Shown here one piece after another: positions 54,717 to 64,000 of a stretch of 64,000 bases of DNA. Every line of letters begins with the position of its first letter. The stretch's first letter is position 1. Source of the DNA: Candidatus Heimdallarchaeum endolithica (GTDB taxonomy: Archaea; Asgardarchaeota; Heimdallarchaeia; Heimdallarchaeales; Heimdallarchaeaceae). The notes beneath the pieces are model-generated. The model worked only from the letters and a program-made list of their open reading frames with translations, was not told where the DNA came from and did no database searches. The position numbers and the translations under genes were made by a program. Location of the stretch: contig CP084167.1 in the NCBI GenBank assembly GCA_021513715.1, positions 960,001-1,024,000 of the forward strand, read 5' to 3'.

Positions 54717-55796
54717 ATGTCAGAGAGAACAGATAATTTACTTTCTAGAGTTTTATCAGAGTTACAGAAGATGAACAACCGTATCATGGAACTGAACAAA
54801 TCAATGAGCCACATTAGTAGTCAATATGAAAAAGTTGTCAAGATGCAGGATCAGTCTATCAAGGTTCAAAAAGACCAGAAAAGTCTAATTGATGCTCAGT
54901 TAGACTATTTGTATACTACAGCTGAGTCAATTAATCGTATGACCATTATGGACTTAAACACCCAACTTATCGAGACTGATATTACCAAACAAACTTCTGA
55001 AACTCTTGAAGTTGAAGCTAAATTGAGAATGGAGAGAGCCATAGAGAAGTACAGAGATGAATATGGAAAAATTATTAGAGATTTTGTTAATGGTATTGTA
55101 GCAAATATTAAACACTTTGCCAAACTTAATGAAGAACATATCAGGCCTTTATTCGAAATCTTAGACAATTTAGAAAGAGTTTACAAGATTCTCAGTTCTT
55201 TTACTGCTGAGCATCCTGATTTAGAAATTTTGGATTATGCTGTTAGTACCTTTGATGAAAGGAAAAACAGGATAGATCAATCATATTCAGAAACAAAAGA
55301 AGTTTTGACTGAATTTATTACTAAAAGAGAGGAAGCTGAAGACACAATTAACACTTTCTATGTTAAAAATGAGGAGTTGAATTTAGAAGATATTCCTGAA
55401 GAAACGATTTCTTTAATATCCATTCCTTTTGCTTTTACTTTCTTAGAAAACGATAATGGATTAAGATTAAACATTAATGGTCCACTTAAACAAGAGCCAG
55501 ATTTTCTCTCTTCTTATAAAGTTCAATTTAAAGATCTTTGTCCATCGATGAGTAATGACTTATATTCTAATAAGAATACAAAAAAGAAGGTTTTAAGAAA
55601 AGTGAATGATCAACAGAATTTAATCAAACAGGGGAATATGGCTCACATAATTGAAGACTTAACCGAGCTCTTGACTTCTTCTGGTTTTTATCCTAAACAT
55701 CTCAAAAAACTCTCTAAACTTTTCAAGAGTCCTAATATTTCATTTAATGACACACAAGCTGAGTTAGGGACACAATTTGGAGGAGATGAACAATGA
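54717..55796 (+). CDS. Coiled-coil hypothetical protein
   Basis: Heptad-rich N-terminal ~200 aa; starts 1 nt after the upstream stop. Confidence 0.7.
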   Translation: MSERTDNLLSRVLSELQKMNNRIMELNKSMSHISSQYEKVVKMQDQSIKVQKDQKSLIDAQLDYLYTTAESINRMTIMDLNTQLIETDITKQTSETLEVEAKLRMERAIEKYRDEYGKIIRDFVNGIVANIKHFAKLNEEHIRPLFEILDNLERVYKILSSFTAEHPDLEILDYAVSTFDERKNRIDQSYSETKEVLTEFITKREEAEDTINTFYVKNEELNLEDIPEETISLISIPFAFTFLENDNGLRLNINGPLKQEPDFLSSYKVQFKDLCPSMSNDLYSNKNTKKKVLRKVNDQQNLIKQGNMAHIIEDLTELLTSSGFYPKHLKKLSKLFKSPNISFNDTQAELGTQFGGDEQ

Positions 55797-57004
55797 GAGA
55801 ATATTATCAGAAAGTTGAAGGTCTCAACATTGATCCTGCAGGAAAGAAATGTCTAGTTACTTCTAAATTTGAAGGTGTTACTCCTATAGTTGATTTTGAT
55901 GTTATTTCTATTAACTCCAATGCCAAAGTTTCTGGAAGTGTTTATGCCAAAAGGCTTGTTTCTATTGAACCTGGAGCAATAATTAGCAGACCTATTGTTT
56001 CATTGGATAGCATAGAGATCAGGAGCGGAAAAGTGGAAGGAAAAGCCAATCATCCTACAATAATCATCGGTGACGTTTCTGCACTTGAAAAGATTAAAGT
56101 TTCTAAATTAAGCAACAGCGAGGAGCCCATTATTATCTATGGTAATGTTTTAAGTAAACACATCGAAATTGATGGGCCATTATTTGTAAGAGGAAATATC
56201 TATGTTTCAGATTCTTTAATTATTAATGAGCCTACATTTATTGCTGGAGAGATCAGAGCAGGACTGCCTACTACTGATGCAGAAGTTTTTCTACAAAATG
56301 CTTCCTTTATTTCTTTGTATTGTCAAGGAAAAGTAGAACTTGGACCTAATAACACTACTTTAGCTCCTGTACTTGTAGGTACAGATCAAATTAAGATGGA
56401 AAAGGACGGTAAAATAAGAGTAATTATTGACCGATGTCTAAATTGCAAGCTTAACTCTCCTAATCCTTTTCTCTGTCCTCTTTATCTTGAAGGTAAATGT
56501 GAGGAGTTTGAGTTTCTTTCTGAAAACGACATCTACAAGTATAAGGGTAAATACTTTCTTAACCTCTATTGGCGAGCAAATTACAAAATAATAGCTAACC
56601 ATTTCTTAATGAACCAAATTCAAAGAAACGTTTACAAACGTTTGAGAGCGCAAACTGCTTCTACCTCTACTATAGGAACTTATAACTATAAGAATTTGCT
56701 CAAACAGATGTATAACGATCTTTTATCTTTTCCTGTTTCAACTAAATACATTGATGAGTGGATACAAAAGAAGTTACAAGAAGTTAAAGAAAAAAGATTA
56801 AAGGCAAAGAAAATAGAAGCACTTGAAGAGACAGAACAATCAACAGAAGAAGAACAAGAACAAACAACAGAAGAAAGAGAAGAGGAACAAGAAATAGAAT
56901 TTGAGGAAGTAACAGTGGATACAGGGGAAGAAGAGGAGGAATTAAAACAATTAGACGATGAACTGTTTAAGCAACTAGAAAACAAACTAAAGTTTGATGA
57001 TTAA
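55793..57004 (+). CDS. Bactofilin-like / polymer-forming beta-helix protein with Cys cluster and acidic tail
   Basis: Repeats V.GSVYA, IIGDVSA, IYGNVLS, VRGNIYV, IAGEI; C-x2-C-x8-C-x6-C; Glu-rich C-terminus; ATGA overlap. Confidence 0.6.
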   Translation: MREYYQKVEGLNIDPAGKKCLVTSKFEGVTPIVDFDVISINSNAKVSGSVYAKRLVSIEPGAIISRPIVSLDSIEIRSGKVEGKANHPTIIIGDVSALEKIKVSKLSNSEEPIIIYGNVLSKHIEIDGPLFVRGNIYVSDSLIINEPTFIAGEIRAGLPTTDAEVFLQNASFISLYCQGKVELGPNNTTLAPVLVGTDQIKMEKDGKIRVIIDRCLNCKLNSPNPFLCPLYLEGKCEEFEFLSENDIYKYKGKYFLNLYWRANYKIIANHFLMNQIQRNVYKRLRAQTASTSTIGTYNYKNLLKQMYNDLLSFPVSTKYIDEWIQKKLQEVKEKRLKAKKIEALEETEQSTEEEQEQTTEEREEEQEIEFEEVTVDTGEEEEELKQLDDELFKQLENKLKFDD

Positions 57005-57157
57005 GTTTTTTTTATTTCTATTCTTTTTTCCAATAATTAGATGTTTTTTCATACTTTTCTTTTTTTAAACTATTCTTTGACTAGTAGTATAGTATTCTTT
57101 TTATTCTCTTGTTTAGCTATTTTACACAATAAACAAAGCTATAGGAGAAGTTCGAGA

Positions 57158-58390
57158 ATGGAAGAAGATAAGGACTACTTTTATGATATCCAATTAGACA
57201 AAAAAAACTTCTTGAATGATACAATAAAAGAAACTCTTCAATCTTTCATTAATTTTTTTCCTTTCTATGTTATGCTTATTGATGAGGATCATCACATTCA
57301 GCTTGCTAACAACGCTATCTTAGACCAATTGAAAATGGATCCTACTGCTATTGTTGGTTGTTATTGCCCTTCCAAAATTCACGGTTTAGATTCTCCTTTT
57401 CCTGGTTGTCCTCTTGAAGCATCTAAATCTTCTCTTAAAGCTATAGAGCGAGAATTTTATTTTAAAGAAGAAGATAGGTGGATTCGCTCTACTGCTTACC
57501 CTACTAATTTTTTTACTTCTGAAAACAAACGTCTTTTTATTCATCTTACTATTGACATTACTGCTCAGAAAAATGCTGAAAATAAGTTGAAGTGTTCTGA
57601 GGAAAAGTATCGTCTTCTTGCTTCTAAACTACAGAAGCTTAATGATTTACATAAGAAATTGAATGAGATCCAAGAGATTTTTATTTACGAACGAGATAAG
57701 ACTTCTTTAATTCGTCGTATATGTTCAAAGTTGTCAGAACTTATTAGTTATGATCTTTGTTGGATAGGTATTTTAGATTCGGGTAAGTTAAAGATTTTGG
57801 CTAGTTCTAGTTCTGATTCTGATTCTGGTTCTAGTTCAAGTTCTAGAATTAAAGACTTTTTTACTACTGAGATTGACCTTCATTCTAATGGTAGTTATTC
57901 TTGTTTACATGAGGTTATTGAACAAAAACAATTAATTGTTATTAACAAGGACAATTTTTCTTGTTCTGATTGTCTATTCCACGACACTTCTTCACCTAAT
58001 TCTATCTTAATTTTTCCTATGATTGTTAACGACAATGTTTATGGTATTATCAGTTTATATAAGTCTGAGAGTCACATTTCTAAAAACGAGATATCTATTT
58101 TACAGACTGTTGCTAATGCTTTAGCTTTTGCTCTTCAATCTATTGAATTAATTGAAAGTCAGGATGAAGCTTTTTCTCAGCTTAAGAGAAATATTGATTA
58201 TTTAGAAGATATAATCGATAAAATTAGAAATCCTCTTACTGTTATTCAAGGTTTCGTTGAACTTTATATGAATGACAAAAATAGTACAGATATTGTTAAA
58301 GAGCATATTAACCAAATTGTAGAGATTCTTTCTAAAGTTGACGAAAAATATATTCGTTCTACAGACTTATTCAAACAGTATACTGAATAA
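57158..58390 (+). CDS. PAS-GAF sensor with degenerate HisKA-like helix and no HATPase
   Basis: PAS (AN...G..C...HG...CP...DITAQK), GAF (WIG...PM...YG.I...LA), DKIRNPLTVIQG; start set at MEEDKD. Confidence 0.8.
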   Translation: MEEDKDYFYDIQLDKKNFLNDTIKETLQSFINFFPFYVMLIDEDHHIQLANNAILDQLKMDPTAIVGCYCPSKIHGLDSPFPGCPLEASKSSLKAIEREFYFKEEDRWIRSTAYPTNFFTSENKRLFIHLTIDITAQKNAENKLKCSEEKYRLLASKLQKLNDLHKKLNEIQEIFIYERDKTSLIRRICSKLSELISYDLCWIGILDSGKLKILASSSSDSDSGSSSSSRIKDFFTTEIDLHSNGSYSCLHEVIEQKQLIVINKDNFSCSDCLFHDTSSPNSILIFPMIVNDNVYGIISLYKSESHISKNEISILQTVANALAFALQSIELIESQDEAFSQLKRNIDYLEDIIDKIRNPLTVIQGFVELYMNDKNSTDIVKEHINQIVEILSKVDEKYIRSTDLFKQYTE

Positions 58391-58666
58391 GTAATTTTAA
58401 CTTTCTTTTACAGCTCTATTATAGTTAACAGTCTTAACAATTAATTTATTTTATCTGTATTTATGATTTTTACTTTTTATGTTTCTTACCTGTTGAAGAG
58501 ATAAGAAAACATTTGAACATTAGTAATAATGTAAATGGTTCTATAGAAAAATATCTATTTACGCTTGAGATTTAAATGAATTAAAAAACTCTTTTCAAAT
58601 ATCTCAAATTTACTTAAATATTTCTAAACTTTGACTTTTTGGAGTAAACCTCGATTTAATTTTTTA

Positions 58667-58870
58667 CTATCCTTCTGTTATCTTTCGCTTTTTGACCTTT
58701 GTGATTTGAATAGTTTCATCATAAAAAAGTATCCATCTAATTTTATCTCCATTTTTAAGTTCTAGAGCTTCCACAATCTCTTTTGGGACAGTTGTTCTTC
58801 TCCTACTTTCGCGTATTGTCAATGTTGTTTCTGTTACGAATTCTACTTCGTCTAAATCTACTTTTGGCAT
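58667..58870 (-). CDS. AbrB/MazE/SpoVT-type DNA-binding protein
   Basis: RTTVPKEIVEALELKNGDKIRW. Confidence 0.85.
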   Translation of the reverse strand: MPKVDLDEVEFVTETTLTIRESRRRTTVPKEIVEALELKNGDKIRWILFYDETIQITKVKKRKITEG

Positions 58871-59078
58871 GTTTATGTGATAAATTTATAACATATATAT
58901 TTTTTGGTTGCAATCCAAACTTTTTTGCTAATAAGATAATTAATGTTATCAGAACACATACATGTATTGTCAATTTTTATTCGTTACAAGAACAACTTTA
59001 TACTCCACATTACATTGGTGTGACGTAATACTTATATGGTCAATTACCAACAGCCATCAAAACAAGGATAGTTAGATA

Positions 59079-60023
59079 ATGATGGATTCTATTATAACTT
59101 TTTCATTTGGATTATATCTTTTGTTTGCATTTATAGCTTTAATCTGTGAATATATTGATTCAGCTTTAGGTGGGGGATATGGGACTATTCTTGTTCCCGT
59201 CATGATGATCGCTTTTAATATTGATAAGAAATTCCTTATTCCTGCTGTTCTTGTCAGCGAGACTGTAACTGGTCTTGGTTCAGCATTGCTTCATCATTAT
59301 GTAGGTAATGCAAATTTTAATATACGAAAAATGAATGTTTCAAGTGATTTCAATAAAACAAGTCATATTTTAAAGAGAAACAATTCTTCATCAGGCACAA
59401 TTAAAGAATACTGTTACTATCAAAACTTTCTCCATATACCTTTAATCACTCGTGCTAAAGATTTTCTTAATAGTTTTAAGGTCTCAGACGACTTTAAAGT
59501 TTCAATGATTTTAGGATTCTTTGGCATTATTGGTGGCATTTCAGCTGCTTTTCTTTCTTTAAGATTATCTCAAACTTTCGTCAAGATATATATTGGAGCA
59601 CTTGTCTTTTTAGTCGGTTTATTTGTTCTAATAGGTTTCAAATGGAAATTCACGTGGGTTAAAATCTCCATTATTGGTCTAGTTGCAGCGTTTAATAAAG
59701 GTTTATCAGGTGGAGGATATGGACCTCTTATTTCCTCAGGTCAGATTGTTGTAAACCGCAATCCTCGCCAAGCTGTTGCTTCAACTTCACTAGCTGAAGC
59801 TTTAGTATGTATCTCTTCCTTGGTTGTTTATTTTTCTTACCCAGAAATTACCTTTAATTTTGGTTTCTTGTTTCTCTTACTTTCTCTTTTTATAGGAGCA
59901 ATCCTTTCTGTCCCTCTAGCGGTTCTAACTGTAAAGTATATACCACTTAAGAAAATGCAACCAATTGTTGGACTTGTAACCATGTTATTAGGAATTATTA
60001 CGTTGGTTAAAGTCTTCATTTGA
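59079..60023 (+). CDS. TauE/SafE sulfite exporter family protein
   Basis: DSALGGGYG..LVP, GLSGGGYGP, AVASTS, G...SVP. Confidence 0.88.
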   Translation: MMDSIITFSFGLYLLFAFIALICEYIDSALGGGYGTILVPVMMIAFNIDKKFLIPAVLVSETVTGLGSALLHHYVGNANFNIRKMNVSSDFNKTSHILKRNNSSSGTIKEYCYYQNFLHIPLITRAKDFLNSFKVSDDFKVSMILGFFGIIGGISAAFLSLRLSQTFVKIYIGALVFLVGLFVLIGFKWKFTWVKISIIGLVAAFNKGLSGGGYGPLISSGQIVVNRNPRQAVASTSLAEALVCISSLVVYFSYPEITFNFGFLFLLLSLFIGAILSVPLAVLTVKYIPLKKMQPIVGLVTMLLGIITLVKVFI

Positions 60024-60343
60024 AACAAATTTTTATTAATTATTTTATTTACAGCAAAAGTTCTCTTACTTCAGGTGGAGATAGTTAATACTGCAATTTT
60101 CACTTTTCACTTGGTGGATACAAAAAACGAAATAGTAAATTAGTAAAGTAAAAGCAATTAAAACTAGACTTCTTCACTAAAGAATAGGATATGCTAAATC
60201 CCTATACTCTATTCTCTTCTCTTTTCTTGGATGTATGCATAATCTTTTAATTTGTTAATAACCACACTTATCATTCATTCAAGTTGTCTAATAAATGCCT
60301 ATAGAAATACTCTTTAAGTGATGTTGTTAGATTTTATTTACTT

Positions 60344-60904
60344 ATGCATTTTGTAATTATTTTTGGTCCTCCTGCTGTTGGTAAAATGGCTGTTGGTAAA
60401 GAACTAGCCAATATTACCGGTTTCAAATTATTTCATAATCATATGTCTATTGAACTCGTTTTGACTCTTTTTGATTATGGCACTCCTGAATTTAAGCAAC
60501 TGAATTCTTCTATCCGCAGATTAATTTTCGAAACTGTTTCTTCTAGTAACTTAAGTGGGTTTATTTTTACTTTTGTTTGGGCTTTTAACGTCCCTGAAGA
60601 TAAACAATATGTTAAATTTGTTTCTGAAATTTTCAGAAAGAATAATTGGGAAGTTTATTTTGTTGAATTACAGTGTAGTCTTCAAGAGCGTTTAAGAAGA
60701 AATAAAACTGAAGAACGATTAAGAAAAAAACCTTCCAAACGTTCAATTAAAGAATCAGAGCGAAGGTTACTAGAGTGCGAAAAAAAATATGTTCTAAACA
60801 CTCGGGAAGATTTTTATTTTACTGAAAAATATATTAAAATTGACAATACTTCTCTTTCTGCTATTGAAGTAGCTGAGAGAATTAAGAGTTATTTCAACTT
60901 TTAA
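60344..60904 (+). CDS. P-loop small-molecule kinase (shikimate kinase-like)
   Basis: GPPAVGKM, LFHNH, ERLRRN, IDNT.LS. Confidence 0.82.
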   Translation: MHFVIIFGPPAVGKMAVGKELANITGFKLFHNHMSIELVLTLFDYGTPEFKQLNSSIRRLIFETVSSSNLSGFIFTFVWAFNVPEDKQYVKFVSEIFRKNNWEVYFVELQCSLQERLRRNKTEERLRKKPSKRSIKESERRLLECEKKYVLNTREDFYFTEKYIKIDNTSLSAIEVAERIKSYFNF

Positions 60905-61188
60905 GTCGTATAGTAATTTATTGTGTGTTCTTTGCTATTTTCACTGTTTTTTACAGCTACTAATTTTTTTCTCAAGTGTTTTATTCTTCTTGTTCTTTCA
61001 GGTTTAGAAGATTTGTTTATTAGGATCCTTTATTTCATACAGTTGATTTTTTCTAATAAACTATCAAGTGTAAGGAAAACGATTAATTCAATTTAATCAA
61101 ATAAATTGTCTTTAGTTTCTGACTCTTAGTTTCAAAATTCTTATTTTTTTAACTAAAAACTTTTAAGATTTATTCAGAAAATAACTAT

Positions 61189-62286
61189 ATGGGTCAACTT
61201 AACAACACCCTTGAGCTATTAACAATCTTAAGCAACCATAATGGTCCAATTTCATCTATTAGGACAGATAGAACCTATCTTTTTTCTGGTTCTAAAGATG
61301 CTACTTTAAGAATTTTTAAAAAAAGTAATTGGGAAGAGGTTACTTCTTTAGTTCATTCTTCTTGGGTTAATTGTATCGAAGCAGATTCAGAAAAACTTTA
61401 CTCTGGTTCTAGTGATTCAACAGTTAGAGCTTGGAAAAAAGGTTCTTGGGGTTTAGTTTCTTCTATTAAACATTCTCGTTTTTCTATTATCAAAGACTTA
61501 GCTGTTGATAAAGAAAACTGTTATGTTGTTCTAACTGATCGCTCTTTGATTATCTATTCTAAACAAAAATTCGTTCAACAGGAAAAACTTAACCATACTG
61601 GTATAGTTCAATCAGTAGAGGTTGATAACACTAACATTTATTCATCTCTTAGTGATGGAACAGTTGTTATCTGGAAAAAGAATAATTACGAAGTGGAGAA
61701 AGTATTAACTCTTTCTTCTTTTAAAACAATAGAACAGCTGGAAATAGATAACGCTTACATCTATACTTCTGTAGGTAAGAACATTAAAGTTTTTGATAAG
61801 AGAAAAAAGGAAATGGTTAAAGAATTAAAAATAAACAAAAGTATAGTTTCTTTAGCAGTAGACGACTCACTTTTACTTGTTGCTTCTAAAGACAAGAAAG
61901 TATACTTGTGGAAAAAAGGTACTTACAAGGAGTATTCTCCGCTGGTTATTGAAAAAGCAGTAACTTGTATTTATTCTGACAATGACTTTATTTATGTAGG
62001 TTGCAAAAACGGAGAAATAAAGATTTATGCCCATCCAATGAAAGGAAAAACTACTAAAAAACAGCCTGCAGGAGCAAAAAAGGTTACTAAAAAAGCTGAA
62101 AAAACCCAAAAAACAGAAGAATCTACTAAAAAAACTAAAGAAGATAAAAAAGAAAAGAAAAAATCCAAGGATTACACTGTTAAAGAAGCAAAAGAACTTA
62201 TGAGTAAAATGAGCTATGAAGAGATACTAGAGTTTACAGAAGGAGATAAAAGAGTAACAATACAGAAGTATCGAAAAAAAGGATAA
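61189..62286 (+). CDS. WD40 beta-propeller protein with Lys-rich linker and small C-terminal domain
   Basis: ~7 repeats of H...I......SGS.D.T.R.W. Confidence 0.88.
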   Translation: MGQLNNTLELLTILSNHNGPISSIRTDRTYLFSGSKDATLRIFKKSNWEEVTSLVHSSWVNCIEADSEKLYSGSSDSTVRAWKKGSWGLVSSIKHSRFSIIKDLAVDKENCYVVLTDRSLIIYSKQKFVQQEKLNHTGIVQSVEVDNTNIYSSLSDGTVVIWKKNNYEVEKVLTLSSFKTIEQLEIDNAYIYTSVGKNIKVFDKRKKEMVKELKINKSIVSLAVDDSLLLVASKDKKVYLWKKGTYKEYSPLVIEKAVTCIYSDNDFIYVGCKNGEIKIYAHPMKGKTTKKQPAGAKKVTKKAEKTQKTEESTKKTKEDKKEKKKSKDYTVKEAKELMSKMSYEEILEFTEGDKRVTIQKYRKKG

Positions 62287-62448
62287 AAATAATTTGTTCT
62301 TTCTTCTAATCCCTTTCAATTTCTCTAATTTTACTAATAGTATTTTTTTTCTCAAATTAGAAGAAAATTTACTTTCCCATTTAAACCTTACAACTCCTTT
62401 CTTTTTCTTTAAGTTCACCGAAAGACTGAAAAAAAACATTTTGTTTTT

Positions 62449-63177
62449 TTGTACATGACCGTTTTTGGCTCATTACTTTCAACTTTTGCAAATCTTAATC
62501 GCAAGAACATTCTTGAGCTCTTGAATGTAACATCTAGTACTATGACTGATTTAGCTAAGAAACTTGAAATATCCAATTCTGAAGTTTCTCGCCACCTTTC
62601 AATGTTATCTGAACATGGTTTCGTAATTAAAAATGCAAGAGATAATAAATATTCTATAAGTGCGTTTGGTCGTTTATCTTTGACAGTTGTCAAACCTTTA
62701 GATTTCATTTTTTCACATAAACAGTTTTTTGAAAATCACATCTTTACTACTTTAGAAGAAGATTTTGTTAAAACTTTAGATTCTCTGTCAGATAGTGAAT
62801 TGATTGAAGGTACAGGAAAAGTTATGATGAATATAAAACAAGCTTTTGATGAAACTAAAGAGCGAGCTTTAATTATAACCGATCAGATGCTCCCTTTTGG
62901 GAAAGAAGGAATAAGCTGTAAATATTTGGTAACTCCTGAAATGGTCAAATATTCAGAAAATGTTCCACAAACTGTTAAAATAGAGGGAGCAGCATTTCTA
63001 AATGATCTTCCTTTAGGCTTGTTAATTTTAGATAACAAGAAAGCTTTAGTTTTTTTTAAAAATTTGAATAATGAGATGGACTACAATTATTGCTTTATCG
63101 TAGAAGACGAAAGGGGTTTAAGATGGGTAAGTAAAATTTGGGAGTTCTACTGGAAAAAAGCTAAAAAGGTCTTGTAG
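62449..63177 (+). CDS. ArsR-like wHTH transcriptional regulator (archaeal type, C-terminal effector domain)
   Basis: ANLNRKNILELL...LAKKL...EVSRHLSML...GFV...YS; W...WEFYW tail. Confidence 0.82.
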   Translation: MYMTVFGSLLSTFANLNRKNILELLNVTSSTMTDLAKKLEISNSEVSRHLSMLSEHGFVIKNARDNKYSISAFGRLSLTVVKPLDFIFSHKQFFENHIFTTLEEDFVKTLDSLSDSELIEGTGKVMMNIKQAFDETKERALIITDQMLPFGKEGISCKYLVTPEMVKYSENVPQTVKIEGAAFLNDLPLGLLILDNKKALVFFKNLNNEMDYNYCFIVEDERGLRWVSKIWEFYWKKAKKVL

Positions 63178-63197
63178 TTTATTTTTATCCTTAATTT

Positions 63198-63212
63198 TTC
63201 GGAATTTCCGAA
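63198..63212. promoter_or_regulatory. Perfect palindrome, candidate operator
   Basis: TTCGGAA-T-TTCCGAA between the regulator and the next operon. Confidence 0.55.
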
Positions 63213-63275
63213 TTATTATCTAATCTTGTAAAATAGGCTTTTTAGAATATAATTCTGACATTTACTTGATAATTT

Positions 63276-63500
63276 ATGTCAAGGAGAAACCATCTCATAC
63301 TACGGCTTAGAGAAACATCCATTATTCAAGAGATAAGTTTGAATAGAGATTTATCTCCTGAAATAGTCCTAAATATAGATATAGGTGCAGTTTTAAAAGT
63401 AGAGATACTTGAAAATACTATTTTACGTATTATTTACGAAAAAGGTGAGATGGTATGTGACTTTGATATAAAATATGTTAATCTTTTGAAAGGTGATTAA
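63276..63500 (+). CDS. Small hypothetical protein
   Basis: 74-aa ORF abutting the next gene. Confidence 0.6.
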   Translation: MSRRNHLILRLRETSIIQEISLNRDLSPEIVLNIDIGAVLKVEILENTILRIIYEKGEMVCDFDIKYVNLLKGD

Positions 63501-64000
63501 ATGTCAAATTTTGTAGAATCTTCTGAACATCCTTTAAGTATTGAAGGTCTAAAATCTAGATTAGTAATTGGAATAGCAGCTATTTTAGCTGGTTTTGTGC
63601 AGTTAATAGTAATTATTTTTGGCCCTTTATTTGGTAAAAACATTATCCAATATCATTTCTCTGATAGCTCTTTAATTCAATTGTATGGACAAGAAATAGT
63701 TAGTTTGATCCTAGTAGTTCCTGCACTTATTATTGGTGGTATATTGTGGATAATGAGAAATGATATATCCACCTATCTTCTTGCTTTTTCTTCTGGAAAT
63801 ATTATTTACAATGGTTTAACTTACGGTCTATTCAGTGATTTTGCTATTCCAGGAAACAGTGAGCGATTTTCATTGTTATTCATATTTCTAATAAACGTAG
63901 GTCTTATCCTCGTTGTTACAAGTTACAGAGCTTTCAATCAAAAGAAAATCGATTACAACCAAATAAAAAGAAAGCAGATAACTATAATCATCATTGCTTT
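63501..64000 (+). CDS. Polytopic membrane protein, runs off the window
   Basis: Open frame MSNFVESSEHP...IGIAAILAG...GPLFG...GQEIVSLILVVP to the window end. Confidence 0.75.
   Translation, partial: MSNFVESSEHPLSIEGLKSRLVIGIAAILAGFVQLIVIIFGPLFGKNIIQYHFSDSSLIQLYGQEIVSLILVVPALIIGGILWIMRNDISTYLLAFSSGNIIYNGLTYGLFSDFAIPGNSERFSLLFIFLINVGLILVVTSYRAFNQKKIDYNQIKRKQITIIIIA

Noticed and set aside
58667-58870. Toxin-antitoxin pair around the AbrB-like gene
   Set aside because: No toxin ORF downstream; appears to be a solo regulator
1096-62708. Many short antisense or overlapping ORFs (e.g. 1096-1404, 9223-9660, 18193-18492, 53370-53861, 56686-56985, 62415-62708)
   Set aside because: Shadows of well-supported genes, with no motifs of their own
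1-64000. CRISPR array, tRNA or rRNA genes
   Set aside because: No regularly spaced repeat-spacer units or RNA-gene-like GC-rich segments seen

Overview
This is a very AT-rich window, probably archaeal and plausibly Asgard/Heimdallarchaeia-like. That assignment is an inference from TATA-like boxes ~25 nt upstream of apparently leaderless starts, a WD40 protein and a coiled-coil protein with a PCI-like tail. Positions 1-47 kb form a large mosaic surface-glycan locus. It encodes dTDP-rhamnose synthesis (rmlACDB), a complete legionaminic-type nonulosonic acid pathway, a WbpB/E/D diacetamido-uronate module, a Gmd/ColD-like 3,6-dideoxyhexose module, three Wzx flippases, about eight GT2/GT4 transferases, a GT-C-like membrane protein and two sulfotransferases (one split by an in-frame TGA). 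The locus carries many IS elements: one intact IS6, decayed IS5-like, ISH3 and IS481 copies, and a truncated TnpB with a Fanzor-type rearranged RuvC followed by a structured omega-RNA-like tail. Two diverged paralogous orphan N6-adenine methyltransferases each close one half of the locus. The right end (50-64 kb) holds an RlmF-like methyltransferase, an uncharacterised three-gene operon (membrane Zn-finger coiled coil, coiled coil, bactofilin-like beta-helix), a PAS-GAF pseudo-kinase, an AbrB-type regulator, TauE, a P-loop kinase, a WD40 protein and a wHTH regulator. All calls come from reading motifs by eye; no database searches were run.
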